Of a stretch of DNA of 64,000 nucleotides, positions 41,484 to 51,503 are shown one piece after another. Under the pieces are notes generated by a model. The model saw only the letters and a program-made list of their open reading frames with translations. It did not search any database and was not told the DNA's origin. Made by a program: the position numbers and the translations under genes. Origin of the DNA: Cyanobacteriota bacterium (lineage in GTDB: Bacteria; Cyanobacteriota; Cyanobacteriia; Cyanobacteriales; Nostocaceae); NCBI GenBank assembly GCA_046045965.1, contig JBJOKS010000003.1, positions 1 through 64,000 of the forward strand. The letters run 5' to 3'. Each line of letters begins with the position of its first letter. The stretch's first letter is position 1.

Positions 41484-42998
41484 ATGTCAATTTATGTTAT
41501 AGGAATTGGTGGGACTGGTGCTAAGTCCATCGAAGCTATCATTCAATTAGCAGCCATTGGACTATTTAGTGCAGAAACTCTGAATTTATTGTTTGTTGAT
41601 GCAGATGAAACTAATGGTAATCTTTCCAGATCATTAACAAGTTTAGAAATTTATCAAAAGTGTTATGGATTGGATTTAAGGGATAAACATCCCTGGATGC
41701 AAACAAAAATCGAATCATTTCCTTTATGGTCACCATTTGCTAACAATAGCATCAACAAAAATCTGGGTTCATTTTTTCAATACAACATTCTCAAACAAGA
41801 TGAACCAGCATTAGGAAATTTATTTGATGTTCTTTACACTTCCGAAGAACGTGATGCAAATTTAGATGTAGGTTTTCGGGGACGGCCTGCCATTGGTGCA
41901 GCAGTAATGAGCCAGGTAAAACTAGATGCTTTAGATAGTGATTCCTGGGGAACATTAATGAGCAAAATCCAAAAAGATACCGGAGGAGGAACACGCCCAA
42001 AAGTATTTTTATGTGGTTCAATTTTTGGAGGAACAGGAGCTTCAGGATTACCTACTATTGGCAGGCTAATTCATAATAAATTAGAAGCTTTAAAAATCCG
42101 GGATAAAGTTGATTTAGGTTGTCTATTTGTCTTACCTTATTTTGGTTTTACTCCTGAATTGGGAGAAAATTCCGAAAAAGTATATGCTCGTTCTGAACAA
42201 TTTTTATTAAATACAGAAGCAGCACTTCGTTATTATGGCAGTCAGCCTCAAGAGACTTTTGATACTGTTTATTTATTAGGAAATCAACAATTATCGCCAG
42301 TTAAAAAATTTAGTGTTGGCAAAAATACCCAACAAAATGATCCTCATTTTCTTGAATTTTATGCTGCTTTAGCTGCCCGACAATTTTTATTAAAAACACC
42401 ACCAGGACAAAAAACAGTGGTGTTAATGAATCGGGAAAATTTAAGAACTTTAACCTGGAAAGATATTCCTGATCTCAAAGAAGTAGCACCAGAATTAATT
42501 AAAGCTACTCGGTTTGCATTTGTGTGGTTATCTAATATTGCCCCGGAACTAGCAGACGCTAAAAATATTGGTGCAGATGGTTTTAGAAAGCGTGCTGGTA
42601 CTTCTTGGTTCGTCAAATTCTTTCCTGCTTCTAGAGGAATACTGGGAGGAAATACTCAGAAAAATGCCGATTTTAACGACACTAAAGAACAGGATGCCAT
42701 AGAAATAATAACCGCTTGGTGTCAAGATTATTTACGCTGGTTGTCACATATTCATCAATGTCATGGTGAAAGCATTCAATTGTTTAATGCAGATTATTTC
42801 AAAACCAGCAAACTTAATCCTGAGAACTTATCCAATTTAATTGTTGGACAAGGTGATAGTCGAGATCAAAACAAAAAATCTCAAGACACAATTCAAAGAC
42901 TTAAAGAAAGATTAAATCCTCAAGCTATTGATCCTCCAAATCAAGGGATTATAGGACTTGCTAAAGCTTTATATCATGTTTGTCGCTTAGTTGATTAG
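41484..42998 (+). CDS. Divergent tubulin/FtsZ-like GTPase (not FtsZ)
   Basis: VIGIGGTG, VDADETNGN, GFRGRPAIG and GSIFGGTGASG (variant of the GGGTG[ST]G signature). Confidence 0.85.
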   Translation: MSIYVIGIGGTGAKSIEAIIQLAAIGLFSAETLNLLFVDADETNGNLSRSLTSLEIYQKCYGLDLRDKHPWMQTKIESFPLWSPFANNSINKNLGSFFQYNILKQDEPALGNLFDVLYTSEERDANLDVGFRGRPAIGAAVMSQVKLDALDSDSWGTLMSKIQKDTGGGTRPKVFLCGSIFGGTGASGLPTIGRLIHNKLEALKIRDKVDLGCLFVLPYFGFTPELGENSEKVYARSEQFLLNTEAALRYYGSQPQETFDTVYLLGNQQLSPVKKFSVGKNTQQNDPHFLEFYAALAARQFLLKTPPGQKTVVLMNRENLRTLTWKDIPDLKEVAPELIKATRFAFVWLSNIAPELADAKNIGADGFRKRAGTSWFVKFFPASRGILGGNTQKNADFNDTKEQDAIEIITAWCQDYLRWLSHIHQCHGESIQLFNADYFKTSKLNPENLSNLIVGQGDSRDQNKKSQDTIQRLKERLNPQAIDPPNQGIIGLAKALYHVCRLVD

Positions 42999-43012
42999 AG
43001 AAAGAAGGAAAG

Positions 43013-46000
43013 TTGAAAATGACAAGTTTATTATTACCCAAACTCAAAGATGATTGTGATGTCAAATCTGGAAATGCTGGTAATTGGGATTCTCAAGCAC
43101 CAACTACTTTTAACCAAGTCGCTTCTAGTTTAGATTACAAAGCACCAGGAGAAGTTAAAAATATTAGTTCTGTTCCCACAATTTGGGCGCGTCCTTTGTC
43201 AATGGAAATGGCATTACATAATGATGCTTATCCAATTCGGGAACAAATGATCATTCAATGGCAGGGAATGTTAGCCGTTTTAGCATTAGCAGAAGTGCGC
43301 GGTTTTCCGATAAAAGCCCAACTTTTAGAATTGGCAGCCAAAAAAGATGCTCATGTTTTTGCCCGTTCACTTTATGAACTTTTACCAGATGATATTAATA
43401 GTATATATAAATTTACTAATGGTAAAAGTCCTTGGGAAGATTTGTATATTTTCACTTGGAATAATCAACCTGTGGGTATGACTTCTCCAAGTACCTTAGT
43501 TGTTCCTTCAGAACAAGGTATTTGGGATGGTTTACCTTGGTGGAATGCCAAAACAATGCAGTTTGAACCAATCTATAAACATCTCAATGATATTGAAAAA
43601 GCCCAACTTGCATTTTGGTTAGATTATCTGCGGAGAGAAATTAGAGGACATAGTGATGATACTAGACCAGTTGATATAATTGTTGGTTTCATCAACGATT
43701 TTATTAATAGTTTGAGAGTTACATCTACACCTAACTTTCAACTAACTGATAATCCGGCATTTTTTGAAGTACCATTAAATAGAGGAGCTTTAGCTGCACT
43801 TAATCATCCTGTTAAAGTAGAATCAAGAGAATCTAATATTCGAGTTGTTCCCAGTTTAGTTAAACCCAATGTTCCCCCATTATTAATTCTTGATCCAGAT
43901 ATTGCTACAACTTGGAATGAACCATTACAAAATATCTGGGTTTATGAAGGTAAGACTTTAGCAGCTTTGCGTTCTGAAGATGTAGAAACATGGAACAAGA
44001 GTAAAAAAGTAATTTGTCTGCCATCAAAAGATTTATTTTTACCGGATTTGAAATTTATTGATCAAGAAGGCATTTTACCTGGTGCTTTACTTCCTGATGG
44101 TTCTCAATCTTTAGTATTCAAAGGCAAAAATATTACTCCTTTGCTACCTTTAAATCCAATTTTGTTGAACTACTTCACACCAGAAGATTTAACCAAAAAA
44201 GTTAAGCTACAACTAATTAATAATGGTGCAGGAAGTTCATTAGTAAAAGCGACATTAACTTTACCTTTGTATGGAGTTAAAGGAGGCAAAGTACCACAAA
44301 ACTTCTATGTAGTCAAAGAATATGCGCTATTAGAAGAAAACATTATTTCTGAAGTTCCCGTTTTAGAAATCTGGCCGAATTTCCGGGCTGAGGGATGGAA
44401 AGAATATTACGGCTTTTACTACGATGCTGCTTTAGGAGAAGATACTTTCCAAGTTAGTTTTCCATCAGCTAAAAATACTCACATCTTTAAAGAAGGACAA
44501 GGTTCTTATCAATTAGTTAATTTAGAAGAATTTCCATCTTTTATTGACTGTAAAGATATTTACAAAAACACCATTGGTTTAATTTTGTTAGCAACTCCAG
44601 AACTAATTAATCTTCATGGTGACTGGGTAGTTGGTGTTGATTTTGGTACTTCCTTTACTAATATTTATGTCAATAAAAATGATAGAGTTGTCGAACGTTT
44701 AACATTAGAAAATTTGCACTGTAAAGTTACAGATGTTTCTATTGACACTCGTTTTTCTGCTTTGTTTGAATTCTTTATTCCTGAAAGTTTTATTCCTATA
44801 GATAAACCTTTCCCCATGTCTACGGTATTAACCAGTCGGGGTAAAACTAATGCTAAGGATGATCAAGTAAGTCCGATTTTTGATGGTCGGCTGTATATTC
44901 CTAATCTTCAACGTTTTGCACCTCAAGAAACATGGATTAAAACCAATTTAAAATGGACAACTTCTAATCTTACAGATAATCAACTATTTCTCAAACATTT
45001 AGCATTACACATTACAGCCTTAGCTGCTAAAGATGGCGCAAAAACTATTCAATGGTCATTATCATTTCCTTCTGCTTTTTCTACGACAGAGCAACAAAGA
45101 TATGCCCTAAACTGGCAAAGATTAACCAAAGAATTATCGAAAAATACAGGAATTGTACATACTAGTCCAGATAGAGACGATAGTACCTATTTTCGGACTG
45201 AAAGTTTAGCAGTTGCCCAATATTTTGCCGAACAAGAAGGATATGATTTAGTTAGCAGCACTTGTATTGATATCGGCGGTGGTACATCGGATATTTCTAT
45301 TTGGCAAGATGATAAACTGCTGCATCAATGTTCAGTTTTGTTAGCAGGTAGTCAGCTATTTTCTCAATTTGTAGAAATGAATCCTAACTTTTTGAAAAAG
45401 TTAGATCCTAACATTAAAGATATCCAGGTTTGGAGTAAGTTGAAAGATCATGCTTTTAATGCCAAACTTGATGTTTGGATGCGGTTGGAAGCTGCCAATT
45501 GGTTAGAGTCAAAACGAGATAGATTTGAAGAAGATAAAGATTTCCAAGGACTAATTCGCTTAATGGCAATTGGTGTATCTGGACTGTACTTCTATGTTGG
45601 TCAAATTCTTTCCGTTTTATATCAAGAAGGTAAATATTCCCAGAATCAAATCACACCTGTTTATGTTGGTGGAAATGCTTCACGTCTGCTGCACTGGTTA
45701 GCGGAAGGTGGTCAATTTGGACGGAATTCCGAAATAAATAGTTTATTTAGTAGCATGATGAGTATTGCTTCTGGTTTTCCTGATACAGAAGAACTCACAC
45801 GCTTGAGTCAAAACCCTAAAGATGAAGCTGCTTGTGGTTTAGTTTTAAAAGATAGAAAATTACAAGGGTTAGGTAAAAGAGAAAAAGACCATATCATTGC
45901 TGGAGAAGATTGTATCATTGGTCAAGAAAAGTTTAATTGGCAAGAAAGGTTAGAACTACAAACAAAAAATATTCGTAGAGGTGACTATCAAATTCCCACA

Positions 46001-46279
46001 CTAAATCAATTGAAATTATTTCTGAATGCTTTTCACATTAGTTTAGAACAGTTAGGAATTGATGGCATAAAACCTCTAGAATATTACGAACTGAAGGAAG
46101 ATATAGATGATCCAGAACCAGATTACAATGAAAAGTTATGGCGAGCTACAGAAAGAGAACTGAGAAATTCTTTAAATGCTATTGAAGGTAAGGTTGAAGA
46201 TATTCGTGCAGAACCTCCTTTCATTATCGGCTTAAAGGCATTACTCAAAGTTTTAGGTAAAGAATGGGCAGGAAAATAA
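43013..46279 (+). CDS. 1088-aa protein with unknown N-terminal region and C-terminal Hsp70/actin-fold ATPase
   Basis: VGVDFGTSFT (phosphate 1), TES.A (connect 1), IDIGGGTSD (phosphate 2), VGGNASRL (adenosine) and PKDEAACGL (connect 2). Confidence 0.8.
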   Translation: MKMTSLLLPKLKDDCDVKSGNAGNWDSQAPTTFNQVASSLDYKAPGEVKNISSVPTIWARPLSMEMALHNDAYPIREQMIIQWQGMLAVLALAEVRGFPIKAQLLELAAKKDAHVFARSLYELLPDDINSIYKFTNGKSPWEDLYIFTWNNQPVGMTSPSTLVVPSEQGIWDGLPWWNAKTMQFEPIYKHLNDIEKAQLAFWLDYLRREIRGHSDDTRPVDIIVGFINDFINSLRVTSTPNFQLTDNPAFFEVPLNRGALAALNHPVKVESRESNIRVVPSLVKPNVPPLLILDPDIATTWNEPLQNIWVYEGKTLAALRSEDVETWNKSKKVICLPSKDLFLPDLKFIDQEGILPGALLPDGSQSLVFKGKNITPLLPLNPILLNYFTPEDLTKKVKLQLINNGAGSSLVKATLTLPLYGVKGGKVPQNFYVVKEYALLEENIISEVPVLEIWPNFRAEGWKEYYGFYYDAALGEDTFQVSFPSAKNTHIFKEGQGSYQLVNLEEFPSFIDCKDIYKNTIGLILLATPELINLHGDWVVGVDFGTSFTNIYVNKNDRVVERLTLENLHCKVTDVSIDTRFSALFEFFIPESFIPIDKPFPMSTVLTSRGKTNAKDDQVSPIFDGRLYIPNLQRFAPQETWIKTNLKWTTSNLTDNQLFLKHLALHITALAAKDGAKTIQWSLSFPSAFSTTEQQRYALNWQRLTKELSKNTGIVHTSPDRDDSTYFRTESLAVAQYFAEQEGYDLVSSTCIDIGGGTSDISIWQDDKLLHQCSVLLAGSQLFSQFVEMNPNFLKKLDPNIKDIQVWSKLKDHAFNAKLDVWMRLEAANWLESKRDRFEEDKDFQGLIRLMAIGVSGLYFYVGQILSVLYQEGKYSQNQITPVYVGGNASRLLHWLAEGGQFGRNSEINSLFSSMMSIASGFPDTEELTRLSQNPKDEAACGLVLKDRKLQGLGKREKDHIIAGEDCIIGQEKFNWQERLELQTKNIRRGDYQIPTLNQLKLFLNAFHISLEQLGIDGIKPLEYYELKEDIDDPEPDYNEKLWRATERELRNSLNAIEGKVEDIRAEPPFIIGLKALLKVLGKEWAGK

Positions 46280-46322
46280 AACCAAAATAAAACATTTGTT
46301 TGATTAATTAAGACCTATAAAT

Positions 46323-46340
46323 GGGCGATTTAATTCGCCC
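46323..46340 (+). terminator. Short hairpin between the ATPase gene and the repeat-domain genes
   Basis: GGGCGA TTTAAT TCGCCC. Confidence 0.35.
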
Positions 46341-46382
46341 TCTTATCACCTTAATTCAATTCACATTTAGATAATTTGGAGG

Positions 46383-47246
46383 TTGGTAATGGTACAGTTA
46401 AAGTGTCCAGTATGTAATCATGAATATACTGAAGGTACAGTTGAATTTTGTTCAAGATGTTGTTATTTACTTACTACCTATTCACCAAATTTATTAGGAC
46501 ATCCTGAAGTCCAGGAAAGAGAGAAAAAAAGATTACAATCAGCAAAAGAAGCCTGGAAAAAATGGTCTCACGCATATTCAGAATTAAAACAACAATTAGA
46601 AGCAGTTAAGAAAGATAGTCAACCTTTATTAAATAATTCATTAGTAGAACAGCATTTACAAAATGTGTCTAGCAATATTCAGTATTTGCCACAAATGCTG
46701 ACTCTTTTACAGCAAATAAATGAAAATATAGCTTATCAATCTCAAAATTTTTACAGGTTGTCTCAATCATATCAAGTCGCATATCAAGAAGATCAGACTT
46801 TAGTTAATGAAACAGCGTTAGAGAATGAGGTTGATGAAAGAGAGGAGTTATCAAATACCACTGAAAATATAAATATACATGATTCAGAACTCTATTATTT
46901 AATAGAAAATTATAATCAACAAGCTGATTTTCCCGATAAAATAGAAGTTTCCGAAACAGAATATAGTAAATCAAGACGTTGGGGTGGTAGTCAAGAAGCA
47001 GCAGTTTTTGAACCTAATCATAAAGGTAGAGGAGATTATTGGATTATTAATAATCAATATTTAGTTCCTAAACCTAAACAAAAAATTAATGAACATAGTT
47101 ATAAAACTGTATCAACATTATTTGAATGTTATAATTATGAACAAAATGCTACAGATAATATGACTTTAATTAAACCTGCTAAAGTTTCTAACCTTCATGG
47201 TGAAGAAAAATGGCAGTTAGAAGAAATGGGAACTTTAGAATTTTAA
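46383..47246 (+). CDS. Zinc ribbon + coiled coil + one copy of the conserved YWI...KPA.V...W.L.E.G.LEF domain
   Basis: CPVC...CSRC; GGAGG RBS; C-terminal domain shared with the next three ORFs. Confidence 0.75.
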   Translation: MVMVQLKCPVCNHEYTEGTVEFCSRCCYLLTTYSPNLLGHPEVQEREKKRLQSAKEAWKKWSHAYSELKQQLEAVKKDSQPLLNNSLVEQHLQNVSSNIQYLPQMLTLLQQINENIAYQSQNFYRLSQSYQVAYQEDQTLVNETALENEVDEREELSNTTENINIHDSELYYLIENYNQQADFPDKIEVSETEYSKSRRWGGSQEAAVFEPNHKGRGDYWIINNQYLVPKPKQKINEHSYKTVSTLFECYNYEQNATDNMTLIKPAKVSNLHGEEKWQLEEMGTLEF

Positions 47247-47264
47247 TCAATCGGATAATCACTT

Positions 47265-48674
47265 ATGAAACATAAAATTTACGGTGCTACTAGCATTTTG
47301 ATATTATCTATCAGCTTACTATTTGGTTCTGAAGTGTATGCTGTAGGTAATGATAAGATGCCTGAAAATATCATTTCTCAAAATTTGAATAATCAACAGA
47401 ATATCAGTCAAAAATTCCAAGATTTGAAAAATGCAGTTAAATCTTTTAATCAGGAATTGAAAATAATTGCTCAAGAGAATAGAAGTAATGAGAAAGTTAA
47501 TTCAAAAAATATCCTGGGTAAATTAGATAATTTACAGAAAGAACTTAGTTTATTATCTAGAAATTCTCAATTTTCTTCAGCGATGAATAAAACTAAGATT
47601 AATGCTGTGATAACAGAGTTTGATGTAATTCTTAAACCTTTGGAAAATGGATTAACAAAAGAGGGGATAACTCAAGTACAAAAAGATTTGGGATTTTTTA
47701 AAACAAGAAATATATCAGAGCAATACTATGGAACTTTTGGAAAAACTACGCAGGAAGAAATAGAAACATTTACTAATAACAAAATAAAGGAACTAGAAGC
47801 AGAAATTAAATCACTTGAATCTTTATTAAATAAGCAAGAACTTCAATCAACAAATGCTATTAATTCTTCAGCTACTAGTCCTAACAACAATAAGCAAATC
47901 AATAATTATGATTCGGAAATTAGTGAAATTAATGAACTTAAAAATAGTTTAAATAAATTAAGTATAACTGTTATTATTCTTGGTTTCCTGTTAGTAGGAT
48001 TAGTCCTATTTTGTATTTATAGAATTATTAACCTTGTGGAACAACAACGTAAACTTGCAGGTTTAGTGAAAACCAATCAAAATTTTATAGATACGGAGAA
48101 TTTTCAGATCCAAATGGATGAGATTTTTAAAACATTAAATAACCTAGATACCAGATTAAAAAAGATTGAACGTAGTAACCAAAACCAAGCTCAAAATTAT
48201 TCATATACATCTAATGTTACTCCAGTGGCTGCAACTCCGCAACGCGCAGAACCAACGTTTAAACCCCAACCAGTAACTAGTCAATCATATCAACCAGCAA
48301 ATTTATCTAATACAAATATTTCATTAGTATCAGCATATAATATTAATGCTAGGTCATTATCAGAACAAGCAACAACTGTTTCAGAAAGTGAGTACACAGC
48401 AGAACAACGTCGTCTTGGCCGCAATATTCAACCCATTTTAGAATCTGATAGTCGGGGTAATTATTGGATAATTGCAGAAGGTGCTAATGAGTATCTTGTC
48501 CCTAAAGCAAAAATGAAAGTTAATGAACATAACTATTTAACTATTTCCACATTTTTTAATTGTTCTGGATATAATCCCAATTCCACTAATAATTTTACTC
48601 TTGTCAAACCAGCAAAGGTATCTTCAATAGGGGAAAAATGGGAATTAATAGAAGCTGGAGAATTACAATTTTAA
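47265..48674 (+). CDS. Single-pass membrane protein: signal peptide, coiled coil, PG-binding-like segment, TM, one copy of the repeated domain
   Basis: Hydrophobic N-terminus; ITQVQKDLG...YGTFGKTTQEEI..F; TM ITVIILGFLLVGLVLFCIY; GNYWII...YLVP...KPAKV...WELIEAGELQF. Confidence 0.75.
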   Translation: MKHKIYGATSILILSISLLFGSEVYAVGNDKMPENIISQNLNNQQNISQKFQDLKNAVKSFNQELKIIAQENRSNEKVNSKNILGKLDNLQKELSLLSRNSQFSSAMNKTKINAVITEFDVILKPLENGLTKEGITQVQKDLGFFKTRNISEQYYGTFGKTTQEEIETFTNNKIKELEAEIKSLESLLNKQELQSTNAINSSATSPNNNKQINNYDSEISEINELKNSLNKLSITVIILGFLLVGLVLFCIYRIINLVEQQRKLAGLVKTNQNFIDTENFQIQMDEIFKTLNNLDTRLKKIERSNQNQAQNYSYTSNVTPVAATPQRAEPTFKPQPVTSQSYQPANLSNTNISLVSAYNINARSLSEQATTVSESEYTAEQRRLGRNIQPILESDSRGNYWIIAEGANEYLVPKAKMKVNEHNYLTISTFFNCSGYNPNSTNNFTLVKPAKVSSIGEKWELIEAGELQF

Positions 48675-48717
48675 TCTAGATTAAACTAGAATTTCAATAA
48701 TCAATAATATAAATAAT

Positions 48718-49902
48718 ATGCAAATTAATATGCAAATTAAGAAAATGCAAAAGGTAGATTATTCAGAAAGGGAATGTGTGGTTATATACAATTATATTCC
48801 CCGACTGATTGAAAAATATGCAGTTTTAGTGAATATAGCTGATAATTATTATCACAATCATAATAGTGAATTGTTAATAATAGAGAATTCGCGGGGAAAA
48901 TATTGGGTGATTATGAGTGATTATGATGATCATGATATCTATTGGTTGTTTCCTGTGGCTAAACTCAATGGTAGAATTAACCCTAATGAAAATGAAGCAT
49001 TTAATTTACTGTTTGATTGTCATAATTATACAAATGTAAATTCTCTCCAATTCACACTTAAAAAACCGGCTCAAGTATATCCTAGTGGTAGTGGGGATGG
49101 ATGGATTTTAGAAAAACAGGGAATTTTAGATTTTAGTAATTCATCTTCGGTAGAAGATTCTCAAGATAATGGTAAAATTACACAAAATCAGCCTCATATA
49201 GACAATAATCCAAAAACTGAAAACTCTGATATACTACCATCGGTATTGCAATCGGAATTTAATGAATATATAGAAAATTCACAAGCAGAATTTAATCAAT
49301 TAAACTCAAAAATTCAAGCATTAATAGCAAGTCACGAACAGCTAAAAGAGGAAGTTAAGTTAGTAAAAGATAAATATAATGATTTAGCAGGTAAATTATC
49401 AGATAGAGAATCAATAAATTATCAAAATCAAAATCACAATCAAAGTCATGAAAATTCTGATCTTAATTCTCGATTAGAAATGGTACAAGAAGTTACTAAA
49501 CCAACACCTACATCTGTTAATCTTAATCTTTCCCCTCAAGAAATACAAATTGTGGGGGTTTATAATTCTAATCAGGTTGCATCTATATCACAAAAGGCAA
49601 AGCCAGTTTCGGAGGCAAATTCTAGTATTGAGAAACGTAGTCAGGGAAATAATGAAGCGGTGGTTTTAGAAATACAAACTCAAGGTTATTATTGGTTATT
49701 AACCACTAAAGATATATTATATGTAATGCCTAGAAAGCATTTAAATATAAATCGGGCAACGATAGAAAGCCTCAAAGTATTATTTGAATATCAAACTAAA
49801 GCAACAAATAAGTTTAAATTACTCAAACCTGCTAAAGTGGTAATGATAGAGAATACAAAAACTTGGCAATTGACCGAAAAAGGAATTATTGAATTTGAAT
49901 AA
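48718..49902 (+). CDS. Coiled-coil protein with two copies of the repeated domain
   Basis: GKYWVI...KKPAQV...WILEKQGILDF and GYYWLL...KPAKV...WQLTEKGIIEF. Confidence 0.75.
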   Translation: MQINMQIKKMQKVDYSERECVVIYNYIPRLIEKYAVLVNIADNYYHNHNSELLIIENSRGKYWVIMSDYDDHDIYWLFPVAKLNGRINPNENEAFNLLFDCHNYTNVNSLQFTLKKPAQVYPSGSGDGWILEKQGILDFSNSSSVEDSQDNGKITQNQPHIDNNPKTENSDILPSVLQSEFNEYIENSQAEFNQLNSKIQALIASHEQLKEEVKLVKDKYNDLAGKLSDRESINYQNQNHNQSHENSDLNSRLEMVQEVTKPTPTSVNLNLSPQEIQIVGVYNSNQVASISQKAKPVSEANSSIEKRSQGNNEAVVLEIQTQGYYWLLTTKDILYVMPRKHLNINRATIESLKVLFEYQTKATNKFKLLKPAKVVMIENTKTWQLTEKGIIEFE

Positions 49903-49904
49903 GG

Positions 49905-51422
49905 ATGGTTAAAATAATGCCTAGCTTAACCTTTGATGAAATAGTCAAGAAATTTGAAGAATTAAGACAACTGTGCTATCAACATTTTGCACCGAGAATA
50001 ACTAATATAGAAAATTACCTATCTACGTTAACTGAACGGGTTCAAAATGGCTCAGTTATAGTTACAGGTGCTTTTACAACTGAACAAATTACCCCTCTAA
50101 ATATATCTGAATCAGAATTAATAGAAGTTTATAATAACGTCCCCAAAGTTTTATTAAAAAATTCAATTATCTCCGAATTAACAGCTAAAAGTTATCGAGA
50201 AGATAACCAAAATCAACCTGTTTTTTTAGAAAAAGATGAAAATGGTAAATATTGGATCATTGTATCTAATCCAAATAATATCTTTCTCTTACCTAGCATT
50301 AATATTAAATTACATATTCATAAACTAAAAACAGTAGAAAAATCATTTGATTTTCGTGGTATTACTCCCTCATTAGATACTCATTTTCTCTTAATTAAAC
50401 CTGCTAGAGTGTCGAGTTTACCTAATGGTAAAGAATGGAAGTTATTAGAAAAGGGAATTTTAGAATTTACTAATCATGTTTCTGGTGTTTCATTTAGATC
50501 ACATTTAGATACAGATGAGCAAGAAAATCAAGTTAAAGAGAATTTAGAAAAGAATAATTTAGAAATTGAAAATATCAATAATCAACTAAATAATTTGAAA
50601 TTACAGTTAGGGCAGTTGCAAGAGGAAAACACAAATTTAAAATCGCAAATAAACATATCAGAAATTAAAGATAATCAAGCAAATACTAATGTTACAATAC
50701 TTAAAATAAATAAACAATTAAATGAGGTTAAATCTGAGTTAGACAAGTTTGATATACAACGTCAAAATCTAGAATTAAAAATCAAAAATATTCCAATAGT
50801 TAGAGATTCTGTAAATTTGCCAGATATAGATTTACTTAAAAAACAAATAGAATTATTTGGATTACTACACAATTATAATCTTAAATTAGATTTTCCCGAA
50901 AAAAGACAAGTAGCAGAAACCATAGAAAGTAAATTTAATCGTATGAATGGTTCGCAACAGATATTACCAAGATTTGAATATAAAAATCAAGGTGAATATT
51001 GGATTGTTAATAATAGGTATTTAGTACCTAAATTTAATTTTAAGATAAATACTTATGTATATGAATTTCTATCTTTATTCTTTGAGTGTCGAAATTATAA
51101 TAATTCCACTTGTGACAGTTTCATTCTCATCAACCCCGCTCACGTAGCAATGATAGATAATTCAGAAAATTGGCAGGTTACAGAAAAAGGAATTATTGAA
51201 TTTATAGATACTCAGCAAACAGCAACAAATAATAATCCAGAAGTATCAAAGATTTATGAACAATTGGAAAATTTGAAATCAATGTTAGAAAAGTTTCAAG
51301 AAGAACACAAGCATTTAGATTCGCAACTAGGAAAAATCACAGTTCTCAGAGATTATGTTTATCTGCAAATAGACTTAATAAAAGTACGCCTAGAATCTTT
51401 AGAAAACAAACAGGAAAATTGA
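49905..51422 (+). CDS. Coiled-coil protein with two copies of the repeated domain
   Basis: GKYWII...KPARV...WKLLEKGILEF and GEYWIV...NPAHV...WQVTEKGIIEF. Confidence 0.75.
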   Translation: MVKIMPSLTFDEIVKKFEELRQLCYQHFAPRITNIENYLSTLTERVQNGSVIVTGAFTTEQITPLNISESELIEVYNNVPKVLLKNSIISELTAKSYREDNQNQPVFLEKDENGKYWIIVSNPNNIFLLPSINIKLHIHKLKTVEKSFDFRGITPSLDTHFLLIKPARVSSLPNGKEWKLLEKGILEFTNHVSGVSFRSHLDTDEQENQVKENLEKNNLEIENINNQLNNLKLQLGQLQEENTNLKSQINISEIKDNQANTNVTILKINKQLNEVKSELDKFDIQRQNLELKIKNIPIVRDSVNLPDIDLLKKQIELFGLLHNYNLKLDFPEKRQVAETIESKFNRMNGSQQILPRFEYKNQGEYWIVNNRYLVPKFNFKINTYVYEFLSLFFECRNYNNSTCDSFILINPAHVAMIDNSENWQVTEKGIIEFIDTQQTATNNNPEVSKIYEQLENLKSMLEKFQEEHKHLDSQLGKITVLRDYVYLQIDLIKVRLESLENKQEN

Positions 51423-51503
51423 CTATTATGAATTTGACTGACTTTCATAAAAAGGGTGAAAAATATACCCACCCTAAAAGATTTGATAGCTTATTGATAA
51501 TAA

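Noticed and set aside
41484..42998. Calling this gene ftsZ
   Set aside because: It has only a variant signature motif, lacks recognisable FtsZ T7-loop and C-terminal peptide motifs, and is not in a division gene context.
43013..46279. Calling this gene dnaK or mreB
   Set aside because: It has a ~535-aa unrelated N-terminus and no DnaK substrate-binding domain; only the fold-level ATPase motifs are shared.
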